From positions 1,952-65,951 of IMG/VR virus record IMGVR_UViG_3300027836_000011: DNA of 64,000 bases, one strand, 5' to 3'. Below the pieces are notes generated by a model. That model did not search any database. It saw nothing but the letters and a program-made list of their open reading frames with translations, and was not told where the DNA came from. The first letter of the stretch is position 1, and every line of letters starts with the position of its first letter. Position numbers and translations under genes: made by a program. Shown here in pieces: positions 1 to 10,300 of this stretch. This DNA comes from a virus.

Positions 1-2
1 TT

Positions 3-1427
3 AACTTTGGTAAACAAAAAGGTTTACCTATTAGTTGTTATGGTTCTAATGTAGATGATTCATTAGATAGTATCCTGAATGGTGGGCGTGAAATAGGTTT
101 AATGTCAAAGTATGGCGGAGGGACCAGTGTATATTTGGGTAACATCAGACCAAGAGGTGCTGTCATTTCAACCGGGGGCCATGCAGATGGACCAATACAT
201 TATGCTAAATTATATGATACCACAGTAGATGTGTGTAAACAATCAGAAGCAAGAAGAGGAGCATGCGCGGTATGGTTACCGTTAGAGCATGCAGATGCTT
301 TAGAGTTCTTGGATATTGGTACTGAGGGAAACCCAATACAAAATTTACAATATGGTGTTACAGTAACTGACAAGTGGCTTGAAGAAATGAAAGCTGGTGA
401 TGGGGACAAACGTAAAATCTGGGCCAAGGTAATCCAAAGACGTAATGAATTTGGTTTTCCATACATCATGTTCAAAGACAATTCAAATAACAATACTCCT
501 TATAAAGAGTTGGGTCTAGAAATTACTGCTAGCAATTTATGTTCTGAAATTCAGTTACCAACTGATTCATTTAATTCATTTGTTTGTTGTTTAGGATCTA
601 TCAATCTACTACACTGGGATGAGATACAAAATACAGACGCTATTGAAACTTACACATTATTCTTAAATGCTGTAATGGATGAGTTCATTAAGAAGGCTGC
701 TGTAATGCCTGGTATGAAAAGAGCATATAGATTTGCAAGTCAACACAGAGCAATTGGTTTAGGTGTGCTAGGATATCATTCCCTATTCCAATCTAAATTA
801 ATTGAGTTTGATTCCTTGGAAGCTAAGATGTTAAACTCTCAGATCTTTAAAACACTTAAAGATAAAAGTGAGGCGGCCTCTAAATGGTTACATGATTCTA
901 AAGGTGTTGAGTCAATTAGAAAAGGTTATGCCAATTCAACATTGATTGCAATTGCTCCAACTAAATCAAGCTCATTCATCTTGGGACAAGTGAGTATGGG
1001 AATTGAACCAATCAAGTCTAATTACTTTATTAAAGATCTGGCCAAGTCTAAGACTATCTATAAGAATCCTTTATTAGAGCGTGAGTTAGATAAGTATGAT
1101 ATGAATACCCCGGAAGTATGGAAAAGCATCTTGAAAAAGGATGGCTCAGTTCAACACTTAGATTTCCCTACAAAAGCAGTATTCAAGTCATTCATTGAGA
1201 TCACTCCTAAAGAGTTAATCTTGCAGGCAGCTCAAAGACAAAAGTTTATTGATCAGTCTCAGTCACTTAACTTAATGATTCACCCGTCTGTTCCAGCTAA
1301 AGATATTAATCAATTGTATTTATATGCACACGAAGAAGGAGTAAAAACTTTATACTACCAATTTAGTCAAAGTTCAGCTCAAGAATTTGCCAGAAATATT
1401 TTAGATTGTGCAAGTTGTGAAGGATAA
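3..1427 (+). CDS. nrdA: Ribonucleoside-diphosphate reductase class Ia, large subunit (5'-truncated by the window edge)
   Basis: The frame is open from base 3 (NFGKQKGLPISCYG...), upstream of the tracked ATG at 102. It has the PISC cysteine, the ASNLCSEI catalytic motif, CCLGSINL, IAPTKSSS, the LYY tyrosine pair and a C-terminal CASCEG CxxC. Confidence 0.95.
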   Translation, partial: NFGKQKGLPISCYGSNVDDSLDSILNGGREIGLMSKYGGGTSVYLGNIRPRGAVISTGGHADGPIHYAKLYDTTVDVCKQSEARRGACAVWLPLEHADALEFLDIGTEGNPIQNLQYGVTVTDKWLEEMKAGDGDKRKIWAKVIQRRNEFGFPYIMFKDNSNNNTPYKELGLEITASNLCSEIQLPTDSFNSFVCCLGSINLLHWDEIQNTDAIETYTLFLNAVMDEFIKKAAVMPGMKRAYRFASQHRAIGLGVLGYHSLFQSKLIEFDSLEAKMLNSQIFKTLKDKSEAASKWLHDSKGVESIRKGYANSTLIAIAPTKSSSFILGQVSMGIEPIKSNYFIKDLAKSKTIYKNPLLERELDKYDMNTPEVWKSILKKDGSVQHLDFPTKAVFKSFIEITPKELILQAAQRQKFIDQSQSLNLMIHPSVPAKDINQLYLYAHEEGVKTLYYQFSQSSAQEFARNILDCASCEG

Positions 1428-1458
1428 AATCAACCTGTAGGTTTATTTAATGTATGTT

Positions 1459-1504
1459 AAAGCCATCACTAAGTCCTTTTTTAGGGTTTAATGATGGCTT
1501 TTTC
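1459..1504 (+). terminator. Intrinsic terminator after nrdA, possibly bidirectional
   Basis: AAAGCCATCA (1459-1468) pairs perfectly with TGATGGCTTT (1492-1501), with an imperfect inner stem and a T-run at 1499-1503. It lies between convergent genes. Confidence 0.75.
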
Positions 1505-1537
1505 ATTCATTATATGTTTCTACATATAGTATTGGTA

Positions 1538-1568
1538 ATATTGCGTATTGCAATATGCAATTGCATAT
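1538..1568. repeat. Overlapping palindromes at the convergent junction
   Basis: ATATTGC-gtatt-GCAATAT (1538-1556) overlaps the perfect 16-bp palindrome ATATGCAATTGCATAT (1553-1568). Confidence 0.8.
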
Positions 1569-1570
1569 AA

Positions 1571-4500
1571 TTACTTAATGTAAAACTCTTGTTCTTTAAT
1601 CATATTATCCCATTTTTGTATTGAATATAAAAGAGGAACTACATCTGCCCAGTTTTTGTATACTTTTAATTTACCTTTATTAGGTTTGTTTTGATATACA
1701 TATTCTGAATCAGCATAAAATTCTTCATCACTCTTATACAAATATGCTAACGGTGTCATATAACTTAATGATATTGCTTCACCTAATTCACCTAATGTTC
1801 TTGTAGTTGCTATTGGTGATTTCATCAATGCATACTGTTGTTTTAAACCTTCTGGTGTTGGTGTAAATAAAAGCATCTCTTTATATGTTCTATCACCTTG
1901 TAATCTTATAAGGTTTTTTAATCTTGTTTCTAATTCAGAATCATCATCATCACCTGCAAGCACACTTGATAGCACTGAGTTTAATACAAAAACACTCAAC
2001 ATAATTCCTAGTTCACCTGTTGTTCTATAGAAACCTCTAAGTTTATCTTCAGCTCTTTGATCTAAATTTCCACCTTGACCTGTAAATCCATATGCTTCTT
2101 TGAAACTTTCAGCATAGTTTTTTGGGTTCATGCTAATATTACCTCTTACCATTTCACCTTTGACGTGGTTTAAAAATTTAAAGAAAGATCTGTATCTACC
2201 TTCTAACCAACCTAAATTTTGATCAAAGTATTCTCTTCTTAATCTAGATCTAATTGCAGGTGCAACCCACTTGTGAAATTGTGTTGCTAAGTTACCAAGA
2301 GTATGTCCTTGAATAACCATTCTATCTTCTTTAGCGTAGTTACCGTGGATTTGTTTATTAACCTCTCTAATCTCATTTCTTAAATCATATCTAAACTGAT
2401 CTGAATAAGGTTGTTCAGTTCCATTTTTAGAAATTACTGTATCATACCCATCAAGTAATTCATTTTTATGAGTATCTGCATTGTAATTAAATGCATCATA
2501 CAATGATAATGTTTCACCGGTCTTACTGTTTTTAATTGTAGTATCCATAAGTATAGCCATACCAACTTTACTCTGTACGTTATATTCAGCAGCATCTTGT
2601 ATAACATAACCCCATTCTTTAAACCTTGACCAGATAGATTTGCTATCAAACTCAGAAGCATTTTCACGTATATCTGTAGCTTTATCCATCATTCTAAACA
2701 TGTCAACAAAAGCTTCATATTTAGAATTAGGTTTATCTGCATCATAATCTGATTTTTTCAATCCTGTTTTCCCTAATGTAGCAATATCAGCAATATCAGT
2801 TATAGCAGCACTTGTTCGTGAAAGTAATCCAGGAATACCCTGAGTATTATATTCTCTTGTTGCTCTAGCATAATTCTTTTTACTAAAATATCTGCTACCC
2901 AGAACCTCAATACCATTATTGATTCTACCCATAACGTAGTTATTAAGGTTACCAAATGGGTTAAATGCTACATATGATAATGAAGATAGACCAATAAGTT
3001 CATCAAAGAATTTATCAGCCATTCCTTTACTAATAAGTTCATTGTCATAATAAATCATTGACATATACTTCTTAGCTCTTTTTAAGGCATTTGAATCGGG
3101 ACCTTTAATGACACCTGTCTTTTTAAATTTACCATTGATTGTGGTTCCCATATTAACCATAGGATCAGAAGAAGTATAAGTTCTATTTTCTATAACTTTT
3201 ACCATAGCAGTAAGAGTATCTTCAATTTCACCCATTACTTCATAGTGTTCTGCCATTGCACTAAACTTAATCAAAGCTGAAGTCATATCTTTATTAAGTT
3301 CACCCAATGATGGTTGACTTCTAAGTTGTGCGGCCTTACCATTAAGTAATGCTAATTCTGTTTTGTATGCTTCAGGATTAATCAATCCTTTTTTCTTTTT
3401 ATCTTGTAATGCTGTGATCTCTGTCTCAACATTTTTAAGTTCTTCATCAACTCTTATCTTACCTGTATAAAATATAGGAAGTGAATTTACAAAGTTACCT
3501 TGTTCATCAAGTAAAACATTTTTCTGTGTTGCTGTTTCTTGAGTAAAATTCTTAATAGATCTAACAGTACCAGCATACATTTTTGATACAATGTTTGGTT
3601 TATCTTTTAGACTATCTAAAATATTATTTTTAACAATAGGAACGCGGCCAGACATTTGATCTTTGATTCCTTGTGGTAATTTATTTAGTAATTCTGTTTC
3701 ATAGTATTTTACAAATAGATTGTAAAAGTTTCTTTGAGAAACACTTAGGGCATCTGTTTTAGTAGGATCCATTAGTGCTCTATATTTCTCACTACGCATA
3801 TCCTTACCAGATTCAGTTCTTTCTCTAGCTTCTCTAAATTGAACTTTTGGTGCGCGCAATACTTGCTCTTTAGCAATTACTCCAGTTGGTTCACCATTAA
3901 CTCTTAGTGCTTTAGTATATGTGCTGAAATTATAATATTTAGCTTCATATATAGCATAATCTCTATCTGATATTCTAGGCTTTCTATACCAAGTACCATA
4001 TTGTTTATTTTTAGAAGGCACCCAAAACTCATATCTTTTTCTGGCATTTATAAATTCATCAGTATATTTATGATATTCACCATCAGCTAATTCACCATTA
4101 GCATCTACTGATTCAGCTTGAAAAAACTTACTGAAAGCGGCTTTGTTTTTAGCTAATTCAATATTGTATTTGATATCTTCAGGTTTTGCTTTATCTAAAT
4201 TACTTACATCTTTATATTCATATGGCACACCATTATCATCATAAAGTTTACTTCTTAATGAGTCTTGTATATTGTAGTATTCTTGGCCAATCTTTTGAAT
4301 ATAAAAGCCTGTGAAGTCACCGTTCTTATCATATTCTAACATGAAATCATAAAGCTTTTGAGTATCAACATTGCCTGAAAGTTTTAACAACTCATTACCG
4401 GCATTTCTAATTAACCCTTCTCTTTCAGCTATCTTATCTAATAACTCTTGCTTTTTACTTTTATATATCTTGTCCATTACAGCAAGGATAGTATCCTTTT

Positions 4501-7348
4501 GAGTAGCCATATCTTGTACAAATAATTCATCCATTGATATATCAGTAGACATTTGCATAAGATCATCTAACATATCTTCTGTGAACATACTTCCTTGACC
4601 ACCCCAATCATTAGTTGATCTAGTTCTGATAACCTCTTTTACATAATCTGTGATAGCATCATTTATCAAACCTTCTTTACCATTAGTACCAATAAGTTTG
4701 TTTTGCTCAAGTTGCATCTGAAGAACCAATGTTCTTTGAGTTGCATTTAATTCTTTAGAATCTTTAATTGAGTATAAAGCTTCAAATGTATTTAAAAATC
4801 TATTGAAGTTTAAAGCATACGTAATATACTCAGGTTTATTTATATTAGCCGGATCTTGAACATATGATGTAAATTTTTGCATCTGATTCAAAGAACTTCT
4901 TAATAGATTTGTATATGTTTGAGATCTTGCTATTGGACCAGTATTCATATTGCTGGCAATGTAAGCTAACGTACTAGCAATATCATCACGCGTTTGTTCC
5001 TTAGTTCTATCTCTGAAAACATTATTCTTAAGTTTATCTAATGCTTTGTCTTGCTCTATTAAAGCAACACTATAATTTTGTAAGGCATCAAAAATAACAT
5101 TGTACTCAGGATATTGTTGGGCATCTATTGTATCTGCAATTTGTTCTAGTGCTTCTATATCTTGATCACCACGGTATATAGCATCTTCTGCAGTATTGAT
5201 TGCTCTATCAAGATTTTCCTTTTCAGTATTATTCATTACTGATGGGACAAGCATATCAACATAAAGTAAGTTTTGTGATATAGGGTGTTCAACTCTACCA
5301 TCTAATCTAAACTTATTATTAAATACTTGTTCTTTCCCTTTACCTGTTATATCTGCTTGTATATGAAATGTAATGGCACCACCGTCTCCTTCATAAACAG
5401 TATAGCCCATGTTTTCAAACATACGTCTATAAAGATTTACTTGAAGATTGTGTTGAGCCATGGTTGATAACTTATCAACTCCATGTATTTTTTTAAGATC
5501 ACTACCAAGATAAATCTTTGGTGTACCATCAGGATTTAAAATAGGTTTTCCTTCAGCATCTAATGCAGGAACATCTTCTTTTAACTCATATTCTTTTATT
5601 TCATAAGTTGAACCTTGTGTTCTACCTGGTATTTTGTTTTTAACTGCGTCAACAAAAGTTTTATCATAGATAGAATTTTTACTTGTCTTTAAATCAACAA
5701 TTCTTATTTTACCATTCTTATCTATAACAACTAAGTCTGCTGTACCAGCAAGTTTTGTTGCTTCATCAAATACAACTACTTGAGAAATACCAACAGCACC
5801 TTGTGGAATTAACTGAGTAAGTTGTTCTTCTAACATATCAAACATCTTACCTGCTAATTCTTTATCTAAAACTTTCATTTGAGGGAAAGCTTCATCAAAA
5901 GATTGCTCAGAAATTATAGCATCTAGTAAGGCATCTATATCATTTCCAATTGCCAGATTAAGTTGTACATCTTCTTCATTAGCAAGTTGACCTTTAATTG
6001 CTGTAGTAACTGATTTATAGATTTCACGGTTAGTAATATCTACATAGGTATGATCTTCTTTATTAAGGACCACAATTGTATTAGCAGAAGCTGTGTCACT
6101 TAAATTTGCAGACAAAGAATCTATCTCTTCTTTTGAACTAATGGCAACATGAAATAGTTTTTTGATTATTTCTTGTTGAATGCTGTTAGATTTATCTAAT
6201 GCTTTATTAACTATCTTTTGTTTTTCAGGAGACAGTGAATATCTTACCTTTCCATTAGCTCTGCTTTCAAGTTTAAAACGTATTCCTTCTGTATTTAAAA
6301 GTTTAGCAATATCACTAAATTTAGTTTTGCTATTAATGTCTTTTACAGATAAAGGATTACCTGTAATATATTCATTTAAATTATTGATAACATTTGCAAA
6401 CCAATCTAAAGCTTCCTTAATTCTATCCAAGAATTTTTTAGTTGGACTTTTCTCATACTCATTATTGAAATGTCTAGACAAAGCTTGAGTAACAATCTCA
6501 AGATCTCTTTCCAATTGGCTAAAGTTTTTATTATTGCCATATGCTTCTGCAATAGACTGAGCCATTTCAGGAAAGTTAGCTTTAGCTTCAGCAAGTAAAC
6601 CATTAAACAATTCAGGGTTGTCCATTTTAATTGCATCAATAAATGGATGAAGTATTTCTTCAATTGCTGTTTCATCTGTTACTCTTCCTCTAATTAAATA
6701 AGCAACACCATCAACGTAAAAAGAGTTTATGTTTTTAAATTTAACATCACCTTTTTGCCATTTTGGTAATGAATTATAAAGAGTCTCTGCCTCAGTAACA
6801 CTTAGCATTTTAACTCTTATCTGAGGAAACATTCTTAATAAATGAGTTACAACTGCTCTAGCTCTTGGTGTATCCCATGATCTAGAAGATTCCAACATAT
6901 CTTTTGGAGTAAATACATTTTGATTTACTTCTATCTTATATGTTTTATCAGTTGCTATAATTGAAACAGAATCCAAAGGAATATTATTTGCCTTTAAGTA
7001 TTCAATGATTTTATTTTTATTACTTTCTACAACTGTTTTATCATATACTCTATCAGTATAGAAAAGATTTGGGTTAGAAACATTGATCAAGTTTAACCCA
7101 AACTCAGTATGTATAAGTTTTTTATCTCTTAAATTAGACAGCAAACTATCAGCAAAACTTTTTTGTTTTATTGAAAAGGCAACTTTATTTAATTTTTCAA
7201 ATTGCTTTGCTTCAACTATAGTTGGAAAAACATCTGTATTATTAACACTTTGCCAAGCATTGATAATATTGTTTGTTGCAATTTCACTTTTATAAACTTC
7301 TTGTAAAGCTTTATATTCTTCCGTGTTTTTATTAGGACATTTTGCCAT
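1571..7348 (-). CDS. Large putative virion cargo protein (~1925 aa) with a degenerate zincin-like domain and a PD-(D/E)xK nuclease domain
   Basis: Long ORF; ATG at 7348 (MAKCPNK) preferred over the TTG at 7354. Motifs: TAIEEILHPF (6647-6661 core), HTY...SVTT, LAGTADLVVIDKNGKIRIVDLKTS (~5682-5752) and HNLQVNLY. It lies directly downstream of the RNAP gene. Confidence 0.7.
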   Translation of the reverse strand: MAKCPNKNTEEYKALQEVYKSEIATNNIINAWQSVNNTDVFPTIVEAKQFEKLNKVAFSIKQKSFADSLLSNLRDKKLIHTEFGLNLINVSNPNLFYTDRVYDKTVVESNKNKIIEYLKANNIPLDSVSIIATDKTYKIEVNQNVFTPKDMLESSRSWDTPRARAVVTHLLRMFPQIRVKMLSVTEAETLYNSLPKWQKGDVKFKNINSFYVDGVAYLIRGRVTDETAIEEILHPFIDAIKMDNPELFNGLLAEAKANFPEMAQSIAEAYGNNKNFSQLERDLEIVTQALSRHFNNEYEKSPTKKFLDRIKEALDWFANVINNLNEYITGNPLSVKDINSKTKFSDIAKLLNTEGIRFKLESRANGKVRYSLSPEKQKIVNKALDKSNSIQQEIIKKLFHVAISSKEEIDSLSANLSDTASANTIVVLNKEDHTYVDITNREIYKSVTTAIKGQLANEEDVQLNLAIGNDIDALLDAIISEQSFDEAFPQMKVLDKELAGKMFDMLEEQLTQLIPQGAVGISQVVVFDEATKLAGTADLVVIDKNGKIRIVDLKTSKNSIYDKTFVDAVKNKIPGRTQGSTYEIKEYELKEDVPALDAEGKPILNPDGTPKIYLGSDLKKIHGVDKLSTMAQHNLQVNLYRRMFENMGYTVYEGDGGAITFHIQADITGKGKEQVFNNKFRLDGRVEHPISQNLLYVDMLVPSVMNNTEKENLDRAINTAEDAIYRGDQDIEALEQIADTIDAQQYPEYNVIFDALQNYSVALIEQDKALDKLKNNVFRDRTKEQTRDDIASTLAYIASNMNTGPIARSQTYTNLLRSSLNQMQKFTSYVQDPANINKPEYITYALNFNRFLNTFEALYSIKDSKELNATQRTLVLQMQLEQNKLIGTNGKEGLINDAITDYVKEVIRTRSTNDWGGQGSMFTEDMLDDLMQMSTDISMDELFVQDMATQKDTILAVMDKIYKSKKQELLDKIAEREGLIRNAGNELLKLSGNVDTQKLYDFMLEYDKNGDFTGFYIQKIGQEYYNIQDSLRSKLYDDNGVPYEYKDVSNLDKAKPEDIKYNIELAKNKAAFSKFFQAESVDANGELADGEYHKYTDEFINARKRYEFWVPSKNKQYGTWYRKPRISDRDYAIYEAKYYNFSTYTKALRVNGEPTGVIAKEQVLRAPKVQFREARERTESGKDMRSEKYRALMDPTKTDALSVSQRNFYNLFVKYYETELLNKLPQGIKDQMSGRVPIVKNNILDSLKDKPNIVSKMYAGTVRSIKNFTQETATQKNVLLDEQGNFVNSLPIFYTGKIRVDEELKNVETEITALQDKKKKGLINPEAYKTELALLNGKAAQLRSQPSLGELNKDMTSALIKFSAMAEHYEVMGEIEDTLTAMVKVIENRTYTSSDPMVNMGTTINGKFKKTGVIKGPDSNALKRAKKYMSMIYYDNELISKGMADKFFDELIGLSSLSYVAFNPFGNLNNYVMGRINNGIEVLGSRYFSKKNYARATREYNTQGIPGLLSRTSAAITDIADIATLGKTGLKKSDYDADKPNSKYEAFVDMFRMMDKATDIRENASEFDSKSIWSRFKEWGYVIQDAAEYNVQSKVGMAILMDTTIKNSKTGETLSLYDAFNYNADTHKNELLDGYDTVISKNGTEQPYSDQFRYDLRNEIREVNKQIHGNYAKEDRMVIQGHTLGNLATQFHKWVAPAIRSRLRREYFDQNLGWLEGRYRSFFKFLNHVKGEMVRGNISMNPKNYAESFKEAYGFTGQGGNLDQRAEDKLRGFYRTTGELGIMLSVFVLNSVLSSVLAGDDDDSELETRLKNLIRLQGDRTYKEMLLFTPTPEGLKQQYALMKSPIATTRTLGELGEAISLSYMTPLAYLYKSDEEFYADSEYVYQNKPNKGKLKVYKNWADVVPLLYSIQKWDNMIKEQEFYIK

Positions 7349-7354
7349 AGTCAA

Positions 7355-10300
7355 TTATAGATTACATTTTTTTATTTGATCAATAAATTCTTCTTGGTCT
7401 TTATAGATACCTTTATCATACATTTCTATAAGATCTTCCAAAGATAATACATTATTATTTACTCTCAAGTTTTCTTTAGCTTCTGTATTCTTTTGAATAT
7501 TTTCATCCCAGAAATTCTCAATTGCAGAATAATCACTTTCTACTTCAGCTGCAAACTCTTCATACAACTCTCTTTCAAGATCACTCATAGAATCAAGTAA
7601 TGTAGTTTGTAAACCAGTCTCAACAATATCTGACTCAACTTCTTCTTCTACTTTTGTTTTTGGTTCAGCAGTAAGCATAGCCTCTAGCGCGCTGATGTTA
7701 GCAATGTTATTACCATTGACATTAACACCAAATTCAGTTGCATCAATAGTGGCATCTTCATCTTGTAAAGCTGCTGTTTGAACTCCTTGCGCAAAAGACA
7801 TCTCATCAAATTGAATACTATCAGTAAATGAATCTTGTTCAGCTCCTAAGTTTTTAGTTTTAAGAGATTGTCTTATAGCTTTGTATGTAGGTCTTTCACC
7901 AAACATAAACCCAATTGGATTTTGTTGATTAGAACCTTGCGTTTCTACTTCTTCATAAACTTTTGTTGTTGCTTCATCTTCAGTTGTAGACATATAAGTT
8001 TTATATGTAACAAACCCAGTAGCAATATCCTCAAGTTTCAGTCTTACAAAGCTTTTAGGATTTGCCCCATACATATCTTCCCACTTAATTGTGATTTTGT
8101 TTTCTTTAATACTTACACCTTTAGGTAAAGCACCTGTTTCACTTCTGTTAAGGGTATATAATAATGGACCATTAATATTTGATTGTAAATAATTATTAAC
8201 AAAATCAGATTCTAATTCTGCTTTATTTAAACCAAACACTTTTTTAATGTTTGCATCATCATCAGTTCTTAATGCTTTATTAGCAGTTTCAATTTGACTC
8301 AAATAAGAATCCATAGTAAATGGACTAACAGCTTCTAGTAAAGATGCATAACCTGTTTGCAAACCATCTTTAACCATTATATAATTGATTATAGATAAAG
8401 CATCATTCTTAGTCTCTAATGAACCATATAGTTTAGCAAATGAATTTTGTAAGTCAACTTTTTGACCAGCATTCAAACTTCTAAATGTATTAGCGTTAAG
8501 CAAATTCAAGCCAGATTGATTTTTAGCATCTGTTGCTTTAACACTTACCACAAAGTTATCTAAAAAGAAATTATTTTGACCTGCATCTGTAGTACGTAAT
8601 CTATCAACTATATCATTAATTGATTGATATCCGCCACCTGGATAAATTAAATTGTTATTTAATGTTGCTACAGATTGAGAATCATTATTTAATTTAGTTT
8701 GTTGATATGCTTTAATAGTCAAGTATGATAATAAATCTCTTGAAATTTTTGCTTTAATCTCCTCAGTAAATTCAATTGAATCAGAGTTTACATTTTCAAA
8801 TACTTTATTTAATATCAATTGAAAATTTTCACTTGCTGATAAAAAGGTAACCGGTAACAAATCATTTTTGATTTGGTTAAATATCTCAAGATATTTTGAT
8901 TGCCAAGTCTTGCTTTTGTATATAGGATTTAAATCCATCATAGCATCTTTATCAAATAGCTTATCTATTTGCTCAGACTTTTCATTAATTGAAGCAATAT
9001 CTTTACCCAAACCATTTGTCAAACCTGCAACTGCAGACATGTTACTTGTAAAGTCTTTAACTTTTACAGAGTTTGAAAATAAATTTAATATGGCAATTTT
9101 TTCTTTATCAGTAACTTCTTCAGGATTATTGAATGCATCTATTAAAAGATTATCATTAACCTTAATAAACTCTGTAGCTTTAGCATCATCTTTTTTACTT
9201 GCTTTAGTTTTTTCAACTAAACCTGATAACACTGCATTCAATATACCATTAACACCTGGATCTAATTTCTCTTTCTTATTAAATGCTTGAGAATATATAT
9301 CTTGTATCATTGGATTATTAATCAACAATAAAGATGTTTTAATAGGAACACCCAAAGCAGTTAAGTTAGCAACTACACCAAGAGCATGTTTATTCAAACC
9401 AAGTTTAGCAACAAGACGTTCTTTAGCATTATCAGTAGCCATTGTAATTAATGATGATATGATATCTTGCTTACGTAACCCTTCTATACCATTTGCTAAT
9501 TGCTCTCTAGTTACACCAAAGTCATCATAAGTAATACCATTGATACTAATTGCGGGTCCTTTTTCATTTATTGTAATACCATACTCAGTTAGTAAACTCA
9601 AGTATACATTAGGTAATACAATGGCCCCAATAGCAGCACCTTTGTTATTTGTAAATGCTTTTATTTTACCAATGATATTATTGATATCAATATTGTCTTC
9701 TCTAGAACGTTCAAGTAAACCTGGTAACACTTGCTCTAATGCTTTCAATTCATCAGTTAATATTTGTAAACTAGCAGATGTATATGAAATAGGTGTTTCA
9801 TTTTCATTTGTTGTTTCTGTAACACCAGTATTACCCATCAAAGCATACTTATAATCTAATATAGCATTGCTCATAGGTGCCTCATATGGCTCACGGAATT
9901 TCTTTTTGTATTCTAAGTATTGATCTTTTGTAATAGGTAAACCTAAAATTTGTAAAGCTTTAATACCATTTTCTGATAACCCAGCATCTGAAGCAACTTC
10001 TTGTTCTATATCAGTTACAGAATTTTGTACACTTGCTGCTTGAAAATCATTTTTATATAATTGTAATGCTTCAGCATAAACAGTTCCAGACTTGTTAACT
10101 TTTTCAGATACATATTTTAAGTAGTCAGTATACTTACCATTGTCTGTAGTTTGTTTACCATACTCATAGAATTTTCCTTTATCCTCATAGAACTCTTTAA
10201 TTTGCATGTAAACTTTATCAATATCAAAATCCGCTCCTGATATTTCAATAAGCTCTTGAGCAAACATTGCAGATGAACCATAGAACGCAGGTAAGAAGTC

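Noticed and set aside
102-104. ATG at 102 as the nrdA start
   Set aside because: The frame is open upstream and encodes the conserved PISC cysteine, so the gene begins before the window.
7349-7354. TTG start at 7354 for the 1927-aa ORF
   Set aside because: An in-frame ATG at 7348 gives an MAK start like neighbouring genes and is more plausible.
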